From: Octopus sinensis
Lineage: Eukaryota
Reading direction: 5' to 3'
Assembly (NCBI RefSeq): GCF_006345805.1
Contig: NW_021825053.1
Location: 1 to 16,765 of the forward strand
DNA length: 16,765 nucleotides
A program made the translations under genes and the position numbers. The notes under the pieces are model-generated. The model was not told the DNA's origin, searched no databases, and saw only the letters and a list, made by a program, of their open reading frames with translations. Shown one piece after another: positions 9,070 through 16,765 of this stretch (within the stretch, counting starts at the first letter, position 1; every line of letters starts with the position of its first letter).

Positions 9070-9230
9070 AGCTTTTACTTGTTTCAATCATTAGACTGTG
9101 GTCATGCTGAGGCACCACCTTGTTTGGTTGAACTTATTGTGTCCAGTGCTTATTCTTTTGTAAAGCCTGCTCCCTTATTCAATTGGTCCCTTTTGCCACT
9201 AAGTTATGGGGACATAAGCCAGTGTATATG
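9070..9230 (-). mobile_element. 3' part of major SINE, reverse orientation
   Basis: ttttacttgtttcaatcattagactgtggtcatgctg...ccactaagttatggggac matches the family 3' domain. Confidence 0.8.
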
Positions 9231-9231
9231 A

Positions 9232-9421
9232 GGTGCAACTGTGTAATTAAGAATCTTGCTTCCTAACCATTGTGGTCTTGGTTGGTGTTAGGAAGGGCAT
9301 CCAGCCATAGAAGCCATGCCAAGTCAGACTGGAGTCTGGTGCAGCCTTCCAGCCTTGCCAGCCCTGGTTAAACTGTCTAACCCATGCCAACATGGACGAT
9401 GGACACTAAAAGATGATGATA
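9232..9421 (+). mobile_element. Chimera: SINE tRNA head fused to RTE-type tail
   Basis: ctgtgtaattaagaatcttgcttcctaacca (SINE head) joins ggttggtgttaggaagggcatccagc...gatgatgat. Confidence 0.7.
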
Positions 9422-9435
9422 CTGTAACTACTATA

Positions 9436-9450
9436 TGCACACACACCACA

Positions 9451-9488
<38 letters not shown>

Positions 9489-9530
9489 CACACACCACAC
9501 ACACACACACACACACACCACACACCACAC

Positions 9531-9594
<64 letters not shown>
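9436..9594. repeat. (CA)n microsatellite
   Basis: Visible. Confidence 0.95.
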
Positions 9595-9596
<2 letters not shown>

Positions 9597-9610
9597 AAAT
9601 ATACACATAG

Positions 9611-9716
9611 ATGCATTCCAAATGTTGAAACTGTTTGCTTATATTTTATTCTCTCTGATCAGTTTTCTTAAAGAATCACTCGTGTTCAGTTGACAATTAC
9701 AATTCTTACCAATTCC
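9611..9716 (-). repeat. Left arm of 106-bp inverted repeat
   Basis: Reverse complement aligns ungapped to 11393..11498 with 14 mismatches. Confidence 0.9.
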
Positions 9717-9830
9717 ATATTTGTAAATGTGTGGCTCAACCCTGCAACTCACAGATGTTAAATGAGGATAATGACACATACATGCATGCATACATACATA
9801 TAAATACACTATGGAGATGTACTTGCATAG

Positions 9831-10058
9831 CAAGAGACTTGATCTGAGATCATGGGCTGAAATAAAAACAATTGCAGCATGGAAGATGTTTATAAGCCAT
9901 TTAAGAAAGACAAAAACTGTTAGATTCACCTCAACATTTAAATTTAATTTGTGTCGAAACATTTCTGTCGCTCTGAAACCGTGACCTGTTCTCTTACAAA
10001 ACTTGGAACTGCATTTGTGTGTTCTTAAATGGCTTATAAACATCTTCCATGCTGCGAT
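9831..10058. mobile_element. Fold-back element with perfect 34-bp inverted arms (MITE-like or Penelope pseudo-LTR remnant)
   Basis: 9874..9907 is the exact reverse complement of 10022..10055; 114-nt loop. Confidence 0.8.
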
Positions 10059-10149
10059 CATATAGATGCAATTAAATTTCGATTCCTATATGCATGTGTG
10101 TGTGCACGCACACACACATCATATATATATATATATACACATTATGGAC

Positions 10150-10433
10150 TCACCTCTCAAAGACGACATATGAGCATTCAGCTTTTGCTGAATGACCCAC
10201 ACAAACGATTTGTTTGTAGTGATCAAACGCTCGTGCTGCACATTAGCTCACATCTTCCATCAAATTGATATTGTCTGAACAGATACATGGTGTACCAAAA
10301 CGTCAGATGTTGAAGTGATGCTGCAGCAACATGAGGTGAAAGGTTTTCCTCAAGAACAGAACAGGTCTAGGAATTGATATCGTGATTGCAAGATTGTGAG
10401 TGCAACACCCTAACCTCTAACCTATGTGCCTTC
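10150..10433 (-). mobile_element. tRNA-derived SINE (further family)
   Basis: Minus-strand head gtgaaggcacataggttagaggttagggtgttgcactcacaatc...caattcc, then tgtgttcttgag-like core. Confidence 0.7.
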
Positions 10434-10458
10434 ACTATATACACACATACACATATAT

Positions 10459-10493
<35 letters not shown>

Positions 10494-10549
10494 GTGGCAC
10501 GTATAACGCACCTTCCAAGTGTTAAGCCTCATGGAGGCAAAGTGGTTGA

Positions 10550-11056
10550 GCTCCTTTCAAGTACTGGGCCTCACAGAGGCAATGATTGAGACCTTTGGCA
10601 TTATGTCATGCTTGAGTAGAAGACCCATTAAGCCAAGTAAAATCGCAATCCTGGCAGATACCAGTTTCATGCAAATGGCACTCATGCTGGTGGCACATAA
10701 AAGCACCTTTTGAGTGTTGGGCCTTACAGATGCAAAGACCGAGATTATTTGGCACTACGTCATGCTTTGAGCATTGGGTCTCACAGAGGCAATGACCAAG
10801 TCCATTGTGAAGAAGACCTGGCAAGCCAAGTAAAATCACAGTTGTGCCAGATACCGGTGTCACACAAATGGCACCCATGCCAGTGTCATGTAGAAGCACC
10901 CATTACACTCTTGGAGAGGTTGGTGTTTGGAAAGGCATCCAGCCATAGAAACGATGCCATAACAGAAAGGAGTCTGGTGTAGCCACTCAGCTTGCCAGCC
11001 CTGGCCAAACCATCCAACCCATGCCAGCACGGACAACGGACGTTAAATGATGATGA
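10550..11056 (+). mobile_element. RTE-type tail element with tandemly duplicated internal modules
   Basis: tggg(c/t)ctcacagaggcaatga-like module starts near 10566, 10717 and 10775; same 3' tail and (TGA)n end as 4654..5152. Confidence 0.8.
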
Positions 11057-11392
11057 TAGGTAGATTGATAGATAGATAAATAGACAGAGAAAGAAAGAGA
11101 GAGAGAAAGAAAGAGAATGACAGAGAGAGAGAGAAAGAGGGGGTGGAGGGAAAGAGAGATGTATATATGCCAAGAAGTTCAGCAGAAAGGAAGCGTTAAT
11201 GACCCATCCTGCTTTGACCAAAGAGATTGGTGAACCAACAGAAGCAGCTGTAGTTAATTAAAACTTGTCTCTAATACAATATTGTTGTTGTTGCTATTAT
11301 TGTTAACTAATCCCTGCCAGATGAAGTGGTTTACAAGTTTATTTAGAAGGAAAAGTATTTTTACGAACAGATGATATGAAAATAAGGAGGGG

Positions 11393-11498
11393 GGAACTGG
11401 CAGGGAGTGTAATTGTCAACCGAACACAAGTTAGTGTTTAAGAAAACTGATCAGAGAGAATAAAGTAGAAGCAAACAGTTACAACATCTGGAATGCAT
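11393..11498 (+). repeat. Right arm of 106-bp inverted repeat
   Basis: Pairs with 9611..9716, including a 28-nt perfect block TTTAAGAAAACTGATCAGAGAGAATAAA. Confidence 0.9.
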
Positions 11499-11658
11499 GT
11501 CTGTGTCTATGTTTCCTTTTGTTTTTTTTTTGTGTGTGTGAGTATGTCTACATGTCAAGTGCAGTCGTTATGTTGTTACAACATTTTGTTTTCTGAACAA
11601 TGTCAGGTTAACAAAATCAGTGCAAGTCCAGATATATTCTTATTATGCCGTATTATGA

Positions 11659-11860
11659 GCAGGTAGGGCTGTGCAGCAAGAGGTTTGCTTCCGAGGCCCA
11701 TTGTTTTGGTTTCAGTTCCACTGCATGGCACTTTGGTCAACTACCACCTACTACCACCTACTGGGCCTTGTGAGTGGATTTGGTAGATGAAAGCTGAAAG
11801 AAACCTGGTGTGTGTGTGTGTGTGGTGTGTGTGTGTGTGTGTGTGTATGTGTGTGTGTAT
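11659..11860 (+). mobile_element. 5' half of major SINE with (TG)n
   Basis: Degenerate head, ccttgtgagtggatttggtagatgaaagctgaaagaa, then (TG)n. Confidence 0.8.
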
Positions 11861-12035
11861 CACTGTGATCACCTTGAACGACCAGGCTATCAGATGTTGC
11901 TACACATTGCTGGTCACAATGTGCTTCTCATTGTTTTAGCCTTCAAATGATGCCACCCCGCTGGCTAAGCGAGCAGGCCATCAGAAGAAAGAGTGAGAGA
12001 AAGTTGTGGCGAAAGAGTACAGCAGGGATCGCCAC
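11861..12035 (-). mobile_element. Partial SINE related to 1802..2161
   Basis: Minus strand gtggcgatccctgctgtactctttcgccacaactttctctcactctttcttc matches 1921-1972. Confidence 0.75.
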
Positions 12036-12039
12036 TTCT

Positions 12040-12365
12040 ATGCTTGGATGACCCCCACAGCTTCCAAGAGTACAACTATTCATCTTTGCTTAGATAAAAT
12101 GACAAAATTGTGGGTGTTAAGTCCCCATGGTTGGGTCTTTCTAACTTGTAAGAAGATGAAGTTTTATAAATATTACTTCATTTGTATCTAATATCTATGG
12201 TTAAAATTTCATCAACAGCAAAATATATGAATTGTCATGGGGGTTATGGCCCTTACGAATAGAATATAATTTCCAAATTTCATAAAGATCCATTCAGTAC
12301 TTTTGACCTAGTTTTGGATCATAAAGGAAATGACTAAAATTTAGGAGTTGAAGCCTCCATTAAGG
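12040..12365. mobile_element. Possible non-autonomous DNA transposon fragment
   Basis: MITE-like phrases (ggggttatggccc, ccaaatttcataaagatcc); no termini identified. Confidence 0.25.
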
Positions 12366-12396
<31 letters not shown>

Positions 12397-12446
12397 GATA
12401 TATAGATAGATAGATAGATAGATATAGATACATACACACACACATA

Positions 12447-13030
12447 CAAAGATAAATTGATAGATACAACTGAATGGGCAAACAAAAATATGAGACACAG
12501 CCTAGTGCTTTTTTATGTTGATAAAGCCTGGTACTTATTCAATTAGTTTATTCGTGTGAAACCAATAAGTTATGGGGATGTAAATAAATGAACAGCAGTT
12601 GTGAAGCAGTGATGAGGGCAAAACACAGAGACAAAGATACACACATATACTTACATATATACATACATATATATACAATTGATTTGTTTCAGTTCCTGTC
12701 TACGAAATCCATATATATATATATATGTATGTGCGTATGCATGTATGCGTGTATACACACACACACACACACAAAGATAAATTGATAGATACAACTGAGT
12801 GGGCAAACAAAAATATGAGACACTGCCTAGTGCTTTTTTTAATTTTGATAAGCCTGGTACTTATTCTATCAATTTCTTCTTGTGAAACCTGTAAGTTATG
12901 GGGATATAAATAAACGAACACCAGTTGTGAAGCAGTGGTGAGGGCGAAACACAAACACACCCACATAGACTTACATTATACATACATATATATACAATTG
13001 ATTTCTTTCAGTTTCTGTCTACAAAATCCA
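12447..13030 (+). repeat. Tandem duplication, period 325 bp (12447..12711 and 12772..13030)
   Basis: caaagataaattgatagatacaactga...ctac(g/a)aaatcca in both copies. Confidence 0.95.
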
Positions 13031-13158
13031 CTGACAAGGTTTTGGTTGGTCTGAGGCTATAGCAGAAGACACATGCCAAGTTATCACACAGTGGGACTGA
13101 ACTGAGGATCATGTGTTTTGGAAGCAAGTTTGTTACCACACAGTCACACCTGCACCTA
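12520..13158 (-). mobile_element. Major SINE, reverse orientation, 3' part duplicated
   Basis: Head at 13158-13040 (ttaccacacagtcacacc, cagtgggactgaac, gctatagcagaagacac); the 3' domain is present twice. Confidence 0.85.
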
Positions 13159-13387
13159 TGTATGTGTATGTGTGTGTGGGTTTGTGTGTGTGTATGTGTG
13201 TATGGGTGTATATATGTATGCATGTATATATGAGTACATATATGTGTACATATTACATGTACATCTATATATATATATATATACATCTACACATACATGT
13301 ATCTATATATATATATACATGTAAATTTAAATTTAAAATAATATGGGTGAAACATTGAATATTAATTTGATTAATATGAATTTAAAA

Positions 13388-13756
13388 CTAGTGGTGTAGT
13401 ATATAAGACCACAGCGGATCTTCTTCTAGCACAATGGATGTCCACTGTTAATGGTTCATCCCTCTTATATAATAGTTACACTTTAATAGTTTCAGTATTA
13501 AAGTGAAAATACCTGACATTACAATAGGGAGATGTTTTTGTTTCACTTTTGACACGTAATACTGAAATAGTGGAGAAGATATGATATTGCTGTGGGCTCA
13601 CACTAGGCAAAAAGTTAAAAAAATTTTTTTTGCCATGACACTACATGGACCCTAAGTAAGGCATGTGTAAAATTTGAATGAAATTGGTTGTGTAGTTCTC
13701 AAGTTTTAGGGAAACACACAGACAGACACACATTCTCAGTTTTATATATATAAAGA
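13388..13756 (-). mobile_element. Non-autonomous Helitron (369 bp)
   Basis: Minus strand A|TCTTTATATATATAAACTGAGAATGTGTCTGTCTGT ... CACCACTAG|T; 5' end resembles 3907; hairpin decayed. Confidence 0.7.
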
Positions 13757-13779
13757 TATATATATATTTATTTATGGAT

Positions 13780-13992
13780 GTGTGTTTTTGTGTCTGTGTT
13801 TGTTTGTCCGACATCACTTGACAACTGATGCTGGTGTGTTTATGTCCCCGTAACTTGGTGGTTTGGTAAAAGAGGCTGTTAGTATCAGTACTAGGCTTAC
13901 AAAGAATAGGTCCTGGGGTTGATTTGCTCAACCAAATGCAGTACTCCAGCATGGCCACAGTCAAATGACTGAAAAAAGTAAAGGAATAAAAG
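13780..13992 (+). mobile_element. 3' part of major SINE
   Basis: acttgacaactgatgctggtgtgtttatgtccccgtaac...ccagcatggccacagtcaaatgactgaa...aataaaag. Confidence 0.9.
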
Positions 13993-14149
13993 TATCTAAG
14001 TGCATACATACATACACATGCACATATATGTTTATCACTCGCATGCACCCCACCACATACAGGCCCACATACTACACATTCACAAACACCTCACATACAC
14101 ACTCACAAGTACACTATATGTGTGTGTGTGCGTGTGTGAATATCCACCT

Positions 14150-14283
14150 CCGCACCTCCGCCCACCACACCACCACCACCACCACCACCACCACCACGAC
14201 CACCACCACCACCACCACCACCACCGCCACCTCCACCACCACCACCACAGCACCAACCACTTCGCGCCGCCGCACCACCACCA

Positions 14284-14318
<35 letters not shown>

Positions 14319-15458
14319 CACTGACCACACCACCACCACCACCACCACACCACCACCCCACGACCACCACCATCACCACCACCACCACCACCACCACCAC
14401 CGCCACCACCACCACCACCACCGCCACCGCCACCACCACCACCACCACCGCCACCACCACCACCCACCACCACCACCGCCACCGCCACCACCACCACCAC
14501 ACCGCCACCACCGCCACCGCCACCACCACTGCCACCCACCACGACCACTGCCACCACCATGACCACCACCACGACCACCACCATCACCACCACCACCACC
14601 ACCCCACCACCTCCGCCACCGCCACCTCCGCCACCACCATTTTCGCCGCCACCACCACACCACCACCACCACCACGACGACGACGACCACCAACACCACC
14701 ACCACCACCTCCGCCACCGCCACCTCCGCCACCACCACTTTCGCCGCCGCCACCTCCACCACCACCACCACCACCACCACCGCCACATCCGCCACCTCCG
14801 CCACCACCACGACGACGACGACGACGACCACCACCACCACCCCACCACCACCACCACCCTACACCACCGCCGCCACCACCATCACCACCACCACCACCAC
14901 CACCACCACCACCGCCGCCACCAAAACCACCACCCCCACCAACAAACACCCAACCACCACCGCGCCGCGCCGCCGCGCCGCCACCACCACCACCACCACC
15001 ACCAACCACCGCCACCGCCACCCACCCACCACCACCACCCACCACCACCACCCACCACCACCACCACCGCCGCCACCGCCACCACCACCACAACCACCAC
15101 CACCACCACCACCACCACCACTACCACCACCACAACCACCACCACCCACCACCACTGCCGCCACACCACCACCGCAACCACCACCAACACCACCACCACA
15201 CCCGCCATCACCACCACCACCACCTCCACCACCACCACTGCCGCCACCACCACCACCGCCACCACTACCACGCCGCCCACCTCTACCCCACACCACCCAC
15301 CACCGCCACCACCACCACCACCACCGCCACTGCCACCGCCGCCACCACTGCCGCCACCACCACCACCAAACCACAACCACCCCCACCAACACCACCACCA
15401 CCACCACTACCACATCCGCCACCACCTCCGCCACCACCGACCACACGACCACCCCCAA
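14150..15458. repeat. 1.3-kb degenerate (CCA)n/(TGG)n tract
   Basis: CCA units with frequent CCG/CCT variants and 1-nt slips; source of all long Pro/His/Thr and Gly/Val/Trp ORFs. Confidence 0.95.
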
Positions 15459-15656
15459 ACGAAAAAACCAATAAATAAATCATGTATATATGAAAATGAT
15501 AATACAATTACCTCAGAAACAACAACAAAAGCAACTCTTGTAATTTCACTATCAATGCCACAAATAAATAAATAAATGAATAAATAAAAAGCAAATAAAT
15601 GAATAATAAATAAATAACAGAAAAGGGGTATTCAATCAGAAATGCCTTTTTATAAA

Positions 15657-15697
15657 TCAGTGGAGATCATAACACAATCCCTGTCCTCCATGATCAT
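15657..15697 (-). CDS. Candidate terminal exon (D-DHGGQGLCYDLH*)
   Basis: Strong acceptor ctttgcctcttgtttctgattttgcAG; phase 1 fits 15925..16017. No AATAAA found downstream. Confidence 0.3.
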
Positions 15698-15924
15698 CTG
15701 CAAAATCAGAAACAAGAGGCAAAGCTTAGAGCATAATATTGCTATATTGACAGAATTCAGAAAAATTTCCAAGCAAAGATATTACAAGAAATAAATTTAG
15801 CTGACAGAAAATTGGCTCCGGTTTTATCTGCTGCACAAAAAAGAGAAAAAGACTTAAAAAACAAGGCCATTTGGTATGGTATGAAAGTGAGCAGCTTCTC
15901 TGGAAGCTTGCCCAAATGTCTAAC

Positions 15925-16017
15925 CAATGCACTCTACGCCCAGCATGTGGGACCTTTCTTCTACGTATTCCTGCATGGCGTCTTTTCGATTGTAAAATGC
16001 AAGGCCAGTTCTGCAAG
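15925..16017 (-). CDS. Candidate 93-nt phase 1-1 exon (xCRTGLAFYNRKDAMQEYVEERSHMLGVECI)
   Basis: Non-repetitive, relatively GC-rich island with protein-like composition; acceptor cttaaacAG and donor TTG|gttaga are both only moderate. Confidence 0.3.
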
Positions 16018-16039
16018 CTGTTTAAGCTGCAGCAAGCAG
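15944..16039 (+). CDS. Alternative candidate 96-nt exon on + strand
   Basis: ctaac branch-like site, cgcccAG acceptor, strong CAG|gtaagc donor; two frames open. It competes with the minus-strand model. Confidence 0.2.
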
Positions 16040-16164
16040 GTAAGCGGTATTGCACATTCAGTCTCTACAACCATCTGGATGTCTGTCTTGTTTTTTTTAT
16101 GGTAGGTCTGTTGTCTGTGGCGAGGGAGGTGATGATGGTGGTGGCGGGTGAATGTGCATGTATG

Positions 16165-16363
16165 TCTGAATGTGTGTGTGTGTGTGTGTGTATATATATG
16201 TATGTGTGTGTGTAAATATATATACATATATAATATCTGTGTTTGTATATGTATGCATCTATGTGTGTACGTATATATATATATATATTATATATATGTA
16301 TATATATATAGATATATATTATATATATATATTATATATATATATATGTATTATATATATATG

Positions 16364-16400
<37 letters not shown>

Positions 16401-16598
16401 ATATATATATATATATTTATAATAATTTAATATACATATACAAACAACACATATATAATGTGTAATGTGTATATGTATGTGTGTACATATGTATATATAT
16501 ATATATATTATATATATATATATATACATACATACACTAATATAATGTATAATGTATGTATGTATGTCTACAAATGCATCTATGTATACATATATACA
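16165..16598. repeat. (TG)n/(TA)n low-complexity tract
   Basis: Visible. Confidence 0.95.
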
Positions 16599-16599
16599 T

Positions 16600-16765
16600 G
16601 TAGGAGTGGCTGAGTGGTAAGTAACTTGCTTACAAGCCACAAGGTTCTGAGTTCAGTCCCACTGTGAGGCATTTTGGACAAGTGTCTAACACTAGAGACT
16701 TGGGCTGACCAAACTCTTGTGAGTGCATTTGGTAGACAGAAACTGCAAGAAGCCTGTCATATATA
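16600..16765 (+). mobile_element. 5' part of major SINE, running off the window
   Basis: ggagtggctgagtggtaag (A box), gagttcagtccc (B box), ttggacaagtgtct, cttgtgagtgcatttggtagacagaaactg. Confidence 0.9.

Noticed and set aside
14000-15575. 492-aa and other long ORFs taken as intact genes
   Set aside because: CCA/TGG repeats lack stop codons in nearly every frame and the translation shifts between Pro, His and Thr phases.

Overview
This is eukaryotic, repeat-saturated, intronic or intergenic DNA. The SINE families, RTE-type tails and dense microsatellites match my memory of Octopus (coleoid cephalopod) genomes; this is recognition, not a database result. There is no prokaryotic operon, CRISPR array, rRNA or true tRNA gene. 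Most ORFs in the track are artefacts of microsatellites or repeats. Well-supported content: about a dozen tRNA-derived SINE copies or fragments, three RTE-type 3' tails, two non-autonomous Helitrons, one deleted mariner retaining only the DNA-binding half of its transposase, a hAT terminus, a 17-bp x19 minisatellite, several local duplications, and a 1.3-kb degenerate (CCA)n tract. A few short candidate spliced exons occur on both strands, but I cannot assign them to a named gene. The most interesting signal is nested inverted-repeat architecture at 9611-11498: 106-bp arms (92/106 identical) enclose a perfect 34-bp fold-back. Its loop carries a degenerate minimal hammerhead-like motif with an apparently swapped G3:C8 core pair, suggesting a Penelope-like pseudo-LTR family and a dsRNA/ADAR substrate. 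That interpretation is an untested hypothesis.
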